Source: Candidatus Kerfeldbacteria bacterium
Lineage (GTDB): Bacteria > Patescibacteriota > Patescibacteriia > UBA9570 > XYC2-FULL-38-9
Length of the DNA stretch: 64,000 bases
NCBI GenBank assembly: GCA_016182555.1
Contig: JACPGJ010000007.1
Coordinates: 53 to 64,052, forward strand
Direction: 5' to 3'
Each line of letters starts with the position of its first letter. The first letter of the stretch is position 1. A program made the translations under genes and the position numbers. The notes beneath the pieces were generated by a model. The model ran no database searches. It was not told the origin of the DNA and saw only the letters and a program-made list of their open reading frames with translations. Positions 1-9,521 of this stretch are shown piece by piece.

Positions 1-2776
1 TGGTTGCTTTGATCAACAATCCATCAGTCATTGAAGCAACGGTTTCTTCAGCATTGTCAATCACGATACCAGCCTCGTATGAACCTGCCGCAGCATTCGT
101 TGTTGCTGCTCCAGTAATCGTCAAACCAAACATGTCTCCATCAGCATCATTACCAGTGAGTAAAATCTCTGCTGCTGTTGCGTCTACAGCTGCTGTTGCT
201 CCATCATTTTGTGTTAATGCCACATTGATACCATCAACTGCTGCATTTCCTGCATTCACATCCAAGTCAACGATACCAGCAGTTTCTGTCATTGCTGCGC
301 TTGCATTCACGACCAAACCTTGTGAAGCTCCTGCGGCTAATGTCATGGTCTGCGCATCTCCTGCTGCATCTGGCGCTTGAGTGACGTTGCCATCAGCATC
401 CACATCAAAGTCGGTTAAATCAATCACGCCGGTGGTACCCGTAATGGTATTTGCACCGATATTCAATGCATTGGTGATATTGGAATCTGACACATCAATT
501 GCATCCACAATATCTGCATCTGTTGAAGATGTACTGTCAATCAAGATACCATCGGTCACAACGCTTGCCGTATTCTCAGCATTCACTAATTTCAACAATG
601 ATTCAGTTACTGTTGTTGAAGAAGTTGCTGCATTGGTCAACACCATTACATTTTGCGCATTTGAAGTGGTCGATTCAGTGTTCGTTAATGAAAAACTTGC
701 TAAATCAAATGCCACATCACCTTGACCAGCATTGGTCATGGCAAAATTTTCTGTGGTCAAGAACGACATATCAACGTCGCTGTTGAAAGCGGATGTTGAA
801 TTACTGGTCACTGTACCATTAAATGTGTTGTTTCCATTTCCAGTCAAACCTCCAGAAACCGTTAAGTTCGAGTTTGTTGTTGTTGCTGCACCTAACACAA
901 TCGATGATGCATTTGTTGCACCAATATTTAATTGGGCTGAAGATGCTCGGTCAAGACCACCGTCTGCATACATCACACCATCTGCTTCCAAATTACCTTC
1001 AATCATGACATCTTCACCATTGAGCGTGCTAGTTTCTGTTGCGTTACCAATTTCTAAGTTACCAGTGGTAATTGTTGTTAAATCAGTTCCTGTATCATGA
1101 GAAACGGTCATTCCACTATTTGCGGTAATTGTTCCACCAGAAGCGGAAAGTGTTAATCCACCGGCTACATCAAGTGTTGTACCACTATTGATAGTGAGCG
1201 TTCCAGAAGTAAAGGCATCTGACGCATCTGAACGTAAGAACGAAGTACTATCTACAGCATCCAGTGTTCCAGCATCTGTAATTGCTCCACTAAATGTTCC
1301 ATTGACAGTTAAATTCCCATCAAACACAGCATTTCCATCAAATTCCGATGTTCCTTCAACATAAAAATCTTCACCATTTTGGGTTGTACCGGGAGTTCCA
1401 TTACCCACTTTTAAATTGCCAGTAGAAACAACGAAATCATCGGTGGCTGCAGCAAGAGTGAGGGTATAATCACCAGCACCATCAGTAATACCACCATCTG
1501 CGTATGTCGTACCGCTATTTCCAGCAACGAATGACCCATCAGAAAACACATTGCCTTCTACACCAACAGTTCCGGCAACAAAGAGATCGTCGCCACCCAT
1601 GGTGAAACTCGCATTTGACAATGTTTCTGTGGTTGATGTTGAACCACCAACAACTAAATCTTCATCAATACGACCATCACCAGCATCCAGAATCAATCCA
1701 CCTGTAGAAACAGTTAAACCATCACTGAGTAAAAATAAACCCAATCCATCGTCATACGTTAATGAATGCGCTGTTGTGCTACCATCATCAGCAAAATTGA
1801 GCGCAACATCTTGATCTGCTGCTGTGGAGCTTGAATCTGAATCGAGTGTAAGAGAAGTAGAAGTACTACCAGAAAGATTCATGTCAGCAACTGCACCAGC
1901 AACATTAAGAGCACCGTCTACTTCCAACCCACCTTCAATATAGACATCTTCACCATCGAGCGCAGTACTTGGCGTACCATCTCCAACTGAAATATTTCCA
2001 GCCACTTGTGCGGAACCGTCGGCATAAATTGTTCCTTCAACACCTGCATCACCCGCAACAAAAATCTCACCACCATTCACGTTAAAATCAGAATCAGAAA
2101 TTGTTTCAGCAGAATCTCCAACTAATACATCAGAATCAAAAACGCCATCTCCTGAAGCGGAAACGGTCGTGAATGAACCAGCAGCGGCAGTTGTACCACC
2201 GATAACCGTATTGTTAATTGTTCCAGACGACACGGTCAGCGCATTCACTACCTCAGCATCACCAATAGCATCATCATCCAAGGCAAGGCCACCAGCAACG
2301 GTGACATCACCATCAAATGTTGCATCATCGGCAACCGTTAATGTGGTTGCGCCAACTTCACTCTCTGAAATAGTTCCACCAGTAATAGTGAGTGCGTCGA
2401 CAACCGCTGCATCAGTAATGGAATTTTCTGGTAAAGAAATAGTGCCTGCTTCGACTGTTAACCCATTTTTCGCCACGACTTCACCGGTAAAAGTTGCTTT
2501 CTTTCCACCTTTTACAATAAGAGCATCAGCAATTTTGACTGAGCCTTTACTGTTATACAGTGAACCTTGCAAATTAATGCCGTCCACGAACACTGGGGCG
2601 GCGGCGTTAATTAAACGTTGCTGCGCACCGCGCACGCTTGCTCCTTGCAAGTTTGTTGCGACTCCCTGGATAGGGGCCGCATTAGCGAGAGAGGGGAGTG
2701 CAATAAAAAACCCACCAATAAGAATGGTGGCAATCATTGCCCAAACTACTCCTCGCAATCCTCCGGTTGCACTCAT
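1..2776 (-). CDS. Giant secreted/surface protein (adhesin/fibre-like), partial: runs off the left edge, >925 aa
   Basis: Absent from the ORF track because it has no stop in the window. ATG at 2776 (MSATGGLRGVVWAMIATILIGGFFIALPSLANA, signal-peptide-like) with an in-frame stop just upstream; the frame is still open at position 1 (...VASMTDGLLIKAT). Rich in G/T/S/D/A with repeated VG-x(8-14)-GxDxxVxG motifs. Confidence 0.85.
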   Translation of the reverse strand, partial: MSATGGLRGVVWAMIATILIGGFFIALPSLANAAPIQGVATNLQGASVRGAQQRLINAAAPVFVDGINLQGSLYNSKGSVKIADALIVKGGKKATFTGEVVAKNGLTVEAGTISLPENSITDAAVVDALTITGGTISESEVGATTLTVADDATFDGDVTVAGGLALDDDAIGDAEVVNALTVSSGTINNTVIGGTTAAAGSFTTVSASGDGVFDSDVLVGDSAETISDSDFNVNGGEIFVAGDAGVEGTIYADGSAQVAGNISVGDGTPSTALDGEDVYIEGGLEVDGALNVAGAVADMNLSGSTSTSLTLDSDSSSTAADQDVALNFADDGSTTAHSLTYDDGLGLFLLSDGLTVSTGGLILDAGDGRIDEDLVVGGSTSTTETLSNASFTMGGDDLFVAGTVGVEGNVFSDGSFVAGNSGTTYADGGITDGAGDYTLTLAAATDDFVVSTGNLKVGNGTPGTTQNGEDFYVEGTSEFDGNAVFDGNLTVNGTFSGAITDAGTLDAVDSTSFLRSDASDAFTSGTLTINSGTTLDVAGGLTLSASGGTITANSGMTVSHDTGTDLTTITTGNLEIGNATETSTLNGEDVMIEGNLEADGVMYADGGLDRASSAQLNIGATNASSIVLGAATTTNSNLTVSGGLTGNGNNTFNGTVTSNSTSAFNSDVDMSFLTTENFAMTNAGQGDVAFDLASFSLTNTESTTSNAQNVMVLTNAATSSTTVTESLLKLVNAENTASVVTDGILIDSTSSTDADIVDAIDVSDSNITNALNIGANTITGTTGVIDLTDFDVDADGNVTQAPDAAGDAQTMTLAAGASQGLVVNASAAMTETAGIVDLDVNAGNAAVDGINVALTQNDGATAAVDATAAEILLTGNDADGDMFGLTITGAATTNAAAGSYEAGIVIDNAEETVASMTDGLLIKAT

Positions 2777-2819
2777 AGGTTTTGGATTTTAAGTTTTGTT
2801 AATCTTTTTATTAGATAAT

Positions 2820-2843
2820 TTTTCCAAAATATATTTTGGAAAA
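2820..2843. promoter_or_regulatory. Perfect 24-bp palindrome (operator-like) upstream of the giant surface gene
   Basis: ttttccaaaatatattttggaaaa is its own reverse complement; a DnaA box ttatccaca lies at 2889-2897. Confidence 0.5.
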
Positions 2844-2975
2844 CTATTTCGATGATAACACAATTGTTGAGTGTTGTCATAGGGTTAGTTATCCACAGAA
2901 AAAATTTCAACACACGCAAACATAAAAAAAATTTCTGAATGGGGGAAGAAAATAATATCGAAGAGAGAAAAAATG

Positions 2976-3386
2976 TTATTGCGTTCGTGTCGCGCGATCA
3001 ATCGCTTGGTTGACGAGCGCATCAGCCGCTGCATTGCGTTCACGAGGGATGTGGAAAAATTTTACCGCACCCATTGTGGAAATGAGTTGATGGATTTGGA
3101 GAAAAATTTTCGCTAAGTGTTGATCTTTTACACGATACTCTCGATTCATTTGTTTCACCACTAATTCACTATCTAAATAACAATCCACAGTTTGTGCACC
3201 GATGTTTTTTGCTGTGGATAACGTTTTCCACAGGGCAGTATACTCCGCTTGATTGTTCGTTGCCGTACCAATATATTCTGAAACTTGTGCCAGCACAGAC
3301 CCGGCATCATCATAAACAATACCACCAATTCCCGCTGGGCCTGGGTTTCCGCGCGCACCCCCATCGGTAAAAATTTTTACATTCAT
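2976..3386 (-). CDS. rnhA: Ribonuclease HI
   Basis: FTDGGARGNPGPAG, TNNQAEY, LDSELV, N-AADAL motifs. Confidence 0.95.
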   Translation of the reverse strand: MNVKIFTDGGARGNPGPAGIGGIVYDDAGSVLAQVSEYIGTATNNQAEYTALWKTLSTAKNIGAQTVDCYLDSELVVKQMNREYRVKDQHLAKIFLQIHQLISTMGAVKFFHIPRERNAAADALVNQAIDRATRTQ

Positions 3387-5083
3387 GATTTTCGTAAATC
3401 TTTTAGCACTAATTGAATTTCACGGTTACCGTTCCATTCGTTCACTCCCACTGTGTACACGATGTCCACGTGGTCACCAGATTTTAATTGCTCGGCATAT
3501 TCACCTAAGCCAAAACCGATACACGAACGTCGCGTACCGTTATGAGATATTTTCAAACGAAGATGGTCACCCTTTTTTCCAATCGCGGAAATATCATCTA
3601 TGACCAAATCCATACTGGCAAACACGGGCTCTGGATTCCCTTCTCCAAACGGGGCAAACTGCTCCAGTGTTTCTATCAACGTCCAATCCACTGCCGGCAA
3701 GGCTAATGTGCATTCAATGTGCACACTCTTTCGTAAATCTACATCCTTCAACTGTTCAGTCGCCCGCGCACGCATGCGCTGCCGAAACGCTTCCAATGCT
3801 TCAGGATTTTTGAGCGAAAATCCACAGGCCATGGGGTGGCCACCATACTTACGAAATAACTCATCCATCGACTGCAACGCATCCACTAAATTGAATTGTT
3901 CAATCGACCGCCCAGAACCAACAATCTCCCCTCCCATATTCGTGATTACAAATGTGGGCCGGTAAAATGCCGATGCAATTTTGCCCGCAACCAAGCCCAC
4001 CAAACCTACCGGGCATTCGTTCGCTTCTACTACAATCACCGATTCATTCTGCTGCTGCTCTGCTTGCACCATTGCTATTTTCGAAATACGTTCAGAAATT
4101 TGTTGACGTTCGCGGTTGGTTTTTCCTAAATTTTCTGCCATCTCCGCAGCACGTTGCGCATCTTCTTCCACGAGCATATCAAAAGCCATGTTCGCATGTT
4201 TCACCCGACCAGCCGCATTGATATGCGGGCCAATTTTAAACGCAATCGTTTCTGTAGTCGCGGTTTGCGGCTCTACACCCATGACGGTAAATAATTCACG
4301 CAAACCCAAACGTTGGTTTCGGCGCAACACCACTAACCCATATTTCACAAATACTCTATTCTCGCCAGTAAGTGAGACGAAATCGGTAATGGTACTAATC
4401 GCTACCATATCTAACATCCATTTTTCAAAGGCTTCTCCCAAATTGTGCTTGCGAATGAGCGCCTGCGACAACTTAAACGACACACCAACGCCAGCGAGAT
4501 ATTTAAACGGATATGTTTCTTCAACCAGTTTGGGGTTCAACACGGCGCACGCACGCTCAGGTAATACCGGTGGCTGGGAATGATGATCCGTGACGATTAC
4601 TTGCATTCCCAATTGCACCGCTTCGTCAATTTCGGGCGCATTCGAAATACCGCAATCAACCGTAATAATAAGGTTCGTGCCAATATCATGCAACGACTGC
4701 ACGGTATGCATATTCAATCCATACCCTTCAGTGTCGCGGTGCGGCAAATACACATCAACTTCGGCACCAAGGGCTTGCAACGTTTTATACAATACGGCAG
4801 ACCCACAAACACCGTCAGCATCGTAATCACCATGAATGACAATTTTTTCGTGGCGTCGGATGGCCTGTTCAATGCGCGCAACTGCTTTGTGCATATCACG
4901 AAACAAGTAAGGATCGTGCTGGTCTTGGCCATAATCTGGTAATAAAAAACGATCTACCTGTTCTTGCGTGGTCATATCACGATTCGCTAACAATTGTACA
5001 ACCGTTGGATGCAATTCGGGAAAACGCGCCAACAATTCTGGTGCGGCGGGTTCAGCCATTTTCCATTGATAGTGTTCGTTCAT
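3383..5083 (-). CDS. recJ: Single-stranded-DNA exonuclease RecJ
   Basis: GDYDADG, ITVDCG, TDHH, INAAGR, GSGRS, GGHPMACG motifs. Confidence 0.97.
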   Translation of the reverse strand: MNEHYQWKMAEPAAPELLARFPELHPTVVQLLANRDMTTQEQVDRFLLPDYGQDQHDPYLFRDMHKAVARIEQAIRRHEKIVIHGDYDADGVCGSAVLYKTLQALGAEVDVYLPHRDTEGYGLNMHTVQSLHDIGTNLIITVDCGISNAPEIDEAVQLGMQVIVTDHHSQPPVLPERACAVLNPKLVEETYPFKYLAGVGVSFKLSQALIRKHNLGEAFEKWMLDMVAISTITDFVSLTGENRVFVKYGLVVLRRNQRLGLRELFTVMGVEPQTATTETIAFKIGPHINAAGRVKHANMAFDMLVEEDAQRAAEMAENLGKTNRERQQISERISKIAMVQAEQQQNESVIVVEANECPVGLVGLVAGKIASAFYRPTFVITNMGGEIVGSGRSIEQFNLVDALQSMDELFRKYGGHPMACGFSLKNPEALEAFRQRMRARATEQLKDVDLRKSVHIECTLALPAVDWTLIETLEQFAPFGEGNPEPVFASMDLVIDDISAIGKKGDHLRLKISHNGTRRSCIGFGLGEYAEQLKSGDHVDIVYTVGVNEWNGNREIQLVLKDLRKS

Positions 5084-5520
5084 TGTTGAGCTGCTGTTCG
5101 TTGTTGATGAGTCAAAAGTTGTTTCACTTCATCTAGTAAATCACGTTGGTTCTGATGTTTCAAGCGGCGTTTGGCTTTTTCAATGGGGAGCCATGCATAA
5201 CGCGTATGTTCATGAGAAATGCGCACACGGTCGCGTGTTTGAATCAAAAAATAAACTACTTTTCGGCGAATCAGTTCGCCTTGATAATGAAAATCATAAT
5301 GCATGGAACGACGAAATCCTTCCACTAAGTGAAACCGTTTAATTCCCGTTTCTTCATAAATTTCACGGGTAAGCGTATCAATCTCTCGTTCGCCCTGCTC
5401 CACTTTCCCTTTCGGAAATTCCCAATATTGATTAAGCTGTTGAAATACTAATAAAATATGTCCACGAGTATTCACAACAATGGCGCCAACGCTTTTAGAG
5501 TTTTGTGGTGTCTGTTTCAT
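5080..5520 (-). CDS. Nudix hydrolase (Ap4A hydrolase-like)
   Basis: WEFPKGKVEQGEREIDTLTREIYEETG Nudix box and ISHEH; start re-assigned to MKQTPQ at 5520. Confidence 0.9.
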   Translation of the reverse strand: MKQTPQNSKSVGAIVVNTRGHILLVFQQLNQYWEFPKGKVEQGEREIDTLTREIYEETGIKRFHLVEGFRRSMHYDFHYQGELIRRKVVYFLIQTRDRVRISHEHTRYAWLPIEKAKRRLKHQNQRDLLDEVKQLLTHQQRTAAQQ

Positions 5521-5599
5521 AGATCGAAAAATGACTCCTTTGTATGAGCCTGGGACAACGCAAGAGTCTATACTATTTATTCTACCGCTCCGAAGAATA

Positions 5600-6535
5600 T
5601 CACAATCTGGACCAACGAGCAATAGTATTCGCAAATAGAGATGAAACCGAGAGAACACGAATTTTATGCAATCGTTTTTTCTGTGGCAGGAAAATCGTAT
5701 CTGTCACAATAACCTGACGAATGCGTGCATTGGCAAGTCGTTCAATCGCCGGTCCAGAGAGAACGGCGTGTGTGCAAGCAAAATAGATATTTCGCGCTTT
5801 TTTCTTTTTGAGAATATCCACAATGCCCATCAGCGTACCAGCGGTATTAATTTCATCATCGATAATGAGAATATCTTTTCCTGCGACACCGCCTTCAAAA
5901 CGGTCAATCGTCACTTGATCGCGCTTAGAGAATACTCGGTGTTTAAATACCTTCACCAATGGAACCTGCAGCGCTTTGGCATAGCGTTCAGATTCTGGAA
6001 CAGCGCCTTTATCTGGCGCAAGTACCACGAAATTCTGTAATTTCTTTCCACGAAAATATTCAATAATGACATCAAACGCCCGTAACTCTTTCGATATCAT
6101 CTTTTCTTCTAAGAAAAATTTGCTGCTGCGATGTTTATGCAAGTCCATAACCAGTACACGAGTCACACCAGCCGCTCGTAACAATTTTGCAATGAGTTGA
6201 AACGACAACGACTCACCAGGCTTTGTTTGTTTTTCTTGGCGACGATACCCAAAAAACGGCATCACCGCAGTGATCCGTTTCGGTTTACCAGATTTTATTG
6301 CATGCACCATTAACAACAATTCCATCAAGTGCTCATTCGCTGGCATGCTTGTTGGTTGAATGATATAGACATCACGCCCAACAACATCTTCGTGTACAAT
6401 AACGTGCGTTTCTTCGTCCGAAAATTTCACTACTTCAATATTCCCCAACTTCAGATTCAATTCTTTCGCGACACGTCGAGCAAATGAACGATTCGCGGTT
6501 CCGGAAAAGAGCAGCGGTTGTGGGTTTTGACGCAT
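5600..6535 (-). CDS. prs: Ribose-phosphate pyrophosphokinase
   Basis: FSDEE, PFFGYRRQEK, MDLH, APDKGA, IIDDEINTAGT, ACTHAVLSG. Confidence 0.95.
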   Translation of the reverse strand: MRQNPQPLLFSGTANRSFARRVAKELNLKLGNIEVVKFSDEETHVIVHEDVVGRDVYIIQPTSMPANEHLMELLLMVHAIKSGKPKRITAVMPFFGYRRQEKQTKPGESLSFQLIAKLLRAAGVTRVLVMDLHKHRSSKFFLEEKMISKELRAFDVIIEYFRGKKLQNFVVLAPDKGAVPESERYAKALQVPLVKVFKHRVFSKRDQVTIDRFEGGVAGKDILIIDDEINTAGTLMGIVDILKKKKARNIYFACTHAVLSGPAIERLANARIRQVIVTDTIFLPQKKRLHKIRVLSVSSLFANTIARWSRL

Positions 6536-6580
6536 GGGATATAACTAGTAATCTTTCAAAAAAGATAGCACAAGAGCGGT

Positions 6581-6907
6581 TTATTGTGAAGAGTAGTACG
6601 CCAGCCAACGAACCAAACGCTGTGCCTCTTCTTCAACGAGCGGGCCCGTATATTCCCCGGAATGTGCTGTGTGGCCTTCATAACTGGCTTGTTTTTGGTC
6701 AATGTGAATATCCATTTCGCATACAGGCGTTTGTGCGTGCGGATCGAAGCGGTTAATGTATAGATGATAGCGCGGATAAAATTCACGGCCAATACGTTGA
6801 ACGTAACTCGTTTTGCCGGTATTCGGATCAAGAAATTCATGATACCCCGCTTCTTCTAAAATCAATCGTGGTTGCTGCGTGAGTATTTTTGGCCAAACAA
6901 TTTTCAT
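6581..6907 (-). CDS. Conserved hypothetical protein
   Basis: MKIVWPK start overlaps the pfkB stop (ATGA); contains YPRYHLY and HIDQKQASYEGHTAHSGEY. Confidence 0.75.
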   Translation of the reverse strand: MKIVWPKILTQQPRLILEEAGYHEFLDPNTGKTSYVQRIGREFYPRYHLYINRFDPHAQTPVCEMDIHIDQKQASYEGHTAHSGEYTGPLVEEEAQRLVRWLAYYSSQ

Positions 6908-7899
6908 TCTTGTAATCGTTTCGGAAGATCGTTCCATTTTAATAATCCATTTTGCGCACCGATCTGTTGCACTAAGTGAGAAGCATTCAGTGTAGCCAAG
7001 CGCATCGATTTTTGTATATCTCCTTTGTAGCGAATCATGCCTGCCACAAATGATGAACCATAACAATCACCCGCTCCTGTGGTGTCTTTCGGGTGATCTT
7101 GCGGCGTATTCAAATGGTAGTGCTGTTTGCCATCATACGCATATGACCCTCCTCGGCCATTGGTGAGCAGCACGATACGTGGTCCAAAACCATGAATATA
7201 TTCAACCATCTCTTCCATACTATGGGCACCATACGATTGTGGCGATGTAAGTAGCAGCTCAATCGCTTCATCACGGTTGAGAATAAGAATGTCGGTTTCA
7301 CGAATGTAGGGTTTCAGTGTTCGAAAGCCCGCACTAATCTGTGTGGCACCCGGGTTCCATGCAATCTGTGACTGCTCATGCTTGTCAGAAAAGATGGTTC
7401 GCAAAATCTGTTTCCATTTCGGCGTATTCAGTGAGCCAAGATACAACCATTTCGTTTGTAATTGTGCATACTGTGTTGAGGTGAGTTGTAAATCTTGCAC
7501 GGCACCATAATAGACGTATGCCACATGATCACCGGTTTTCTCATCGATGGTTAAAAATGAAAAACCGGTTTGGTGCTTACTCGTTTTTTGCAGATAGCGT
7601 ATATCTACTCCCGCGGTTTGCAATTGCCGCTCAATACTTTGCCCATCAAAATCATCTCCGATGGCGGTAACGACAGCGGTACGCAACCCTAAACCGGCAA
7701 AATTCACTGCGGTATTGGCTGCACCACCACCAAATTCAAAATGCACATTTTCACTGCGAATTTTTGCTCCATATTCTACACAAATCAATTGTGAACGTGC
7801 AGGGTCTTTCGCGGGGTTATTCATTACACACGCTTGGTCTGTATAAAACATCACATCTCGTAGCGCACTACCGATGGTGATGACGTCAAATTTTTTCAT
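6904..7899 (-). CDS. PfkB-family carbohydrate kinase
   Basis: GGGAANTA, IGDDFDG, LNRDEA, DTTGAGDCY. Confidence 0.93.
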   Translation of the reverse strand: MKKFDVITIGSALRDVMFYTDQACVMNNPAKDPARSQLICVEYGAKIRSENVHFEFGGGAANTAVNFAGLGLRTAVVTAIGDDFDGQSIERQLQTAGVDIRYLQKTSKHQTGFSFLTIDEKTGDHVAYVYYGAVQDLQLTSTQYAQLQTKWLYLGSLNTPKWKQILRTIFSDKHEQSQIAWNPGATQISAGFRTLKPYIRETDILILNRDEAIELLLTSPQSYGAHSMEEMVEYIHGFGPRIVLLTNGRGGSYAYDGKQHYHLNTPQDHPKDTTGAGDCYGSSFVAGMIRYKGDIQKSMRLATLNASHLVQQIGAQNGLLKWNDLPKRLQE

Positions 7900-7925
7900 A
7901 TCTGTTCGAATTTTTGTGGCTTGTA

Positions 7926-9521
7926 TTAATGAATTAAGCTTCGTGAAGTCATATCTGGTGGAATGGACAAACCCATCAGTGTTAAAATCGTCGGAGCTGC
8001 ATCAGAGAGTACACCAACCGGTTGCATGCGAGAGAGATCACCATCCGGAACAGGTGGCCACATCATCCGTTGTTGCCGCAACGTGGCATTCGCCATAATA
8101 AACGGTACAGGATTAGTCGAATGCTCCTTAATCATTTCTCCTGTTTGCAAATTCAATTTTTCTTCGGCGTTGCCGTGGTCGGCCGTTACAATGAGCGTAC
8201 CGTTCATCTGCAACACCGCGGCAGCCACCTTTCCAATAGCCACATCTTCTTCTTCAATCGCTTTGATCGTTGCTTGTAAGTTGCCGGTGTGCCCGACCAT
8301 GTCGGCGTTGGCAAAATTGGCCACCACAAATTGATACTGTTTGGTAGTCAGTTCAGTAACCATGCGATCAGCAATGCCATGCACAGACATGGCTGGCGTT
8401 TGATCATAAGACGTCACACGCGGTGAGGGAATTAAGACGCGTTCTTCATTTGGGTATTGTTCCTCTGTTCCTCCATTAAAGAAAAACGTGACGTGCGCAT
8501 ATTTTTCGGTTTCCGCAATATGGAGTTGGTGCATGCCCGCATCCGCAACAACTTTCGCAATGGGTGATTTCACATGATCGGGTTGAAAAGCGATTTTGAG
8601 CGGTAAGTTACTTTCATATTCCGTCATGGAAACAAACATCAAATTTTCAATCTGCCGGCCACGATCAAATTTTTGAAAACCCGGAAGAATAAATGTTTTT
8701 GTGAGTTGCCGTGCACGGTCTGCACGAAAATTGAAAAAGATAATTGCGTCATTATCGTTCATCGAACCGATCGGCGTGCCATCTTGCCCAATAATAACGG
8801 TCGGCTGAAATTCTTCATCAAATACCTGCTGGCCATACGCCACTTCAATGGCTTTGAGTGGACTATCAGAAACATGTTCCGATTTTCCATGGCGCATCGC
8901 GTTGTATGCCAATTGTGTTCTGTCCCAATGATTGTCACGGTCCATAGCGTAAAAGCGGCCCGAAAGTGAAGCAATTTTCCCCACATTCAGTTCGTGCATT
9001 TTTGTTTCCAGTGCCGCAATAAACCCAAGACCAGCATTGCGTGCTGTATCGCGGCCATCCAAAATTGGGTGAATGCGCACATGCTCACCAAGACCATTTT
9101 TCTGGCACATTTCGAGCAGTGCGTACAAATGTTGAATGCTGGAGTGAATTCCTCCATCGCTGACCATGCCCACCAGGTGCAAACGTGATTTGCGTTCTTT
9201 GACGGCATTCATGATACTCAAAAAGGCTTCATTACGAAAAAAAGATCCATCCGCAATGGATTTATTAATGAGCGGTAAATTTTGATAAATAATTTTTCCA
9301 GAACCAAGGTTCAAGTGTCCCACTTCCGAATTACCCATCTCGGCCCACGGCAATCCCACCACTTCGCCGGATGCATGCAACGTTACCGATGGATACTCTT
9401 GCATCAATTTATTCATATTTGGTGTGCGGGCAAGAGAGATTGCATTACCACGTGATGGTGCCGCAACACCCCAACCATCTAAAACGAGCAATACTAATGG
9501 AAGTAAAGCGGTGTTTGTCAT
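7926..9521 (-). CDS. gpmI: 2,3-bisphosphoglycerate-independent phosphoglycerate mutase
   Basis: LDGWG, MGNSEVGH, DGRD, FNFRADRARQ, AETEKYAHVTFF, DMVGHTG, TADHGNAE. Confidence 0.97.
   Translation of the reverse strand: MTNTALLPLVLLVLDGWGVAAPSRGNAISLARTPNMNKLMQEYPSVTLHASGEVVGLPWAEMGNSEVGHLNLGSGKIIYQNLPLINKSIADGSFFRNEAFLSIMNAVKERKSRLHLVGMVSDGGIHSSIQHLYALLEMCQKNGLGEHVRIHPILDGRDTARNAGLGFIAALETKMHELNVGKIASLSGRFYAMDRDNHWDRTQLAYNAMRHGKSEHVSDSPLKAIEVAYGQQVFDEEFQPTVIIGQDGTPIGSMNDNDAIIFFNFRADRARQLTKTFILPGFQKFDRGRQIENLMFVSMTEYESNLPLKIAFQPDHVKSPIAKVVADAGMHQLHIAETEKYAHVTFFFNGGTEEQYPNEERVLIPSPRVTSYDQTPAMSVHGIADRMVTELTTKQYQFVVANFANADMVGHTGNLQATIKAIEEEDVAIGKVAAAVLQMNGTLIVTADHGNAEEKLNLQTGEMIKEHSTNPVPFIMANATLRQQRMMWPPVPDGDLSRMQPVGVLSDAAPTILTLMGLSIPPDMTSRSLIH

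Noticed and set aside
9-2792. Series of plus-strand S/V/P/A-rich ORFs
   Set aside because: Antisense shadows of the single long minus-strand surface protein gene.
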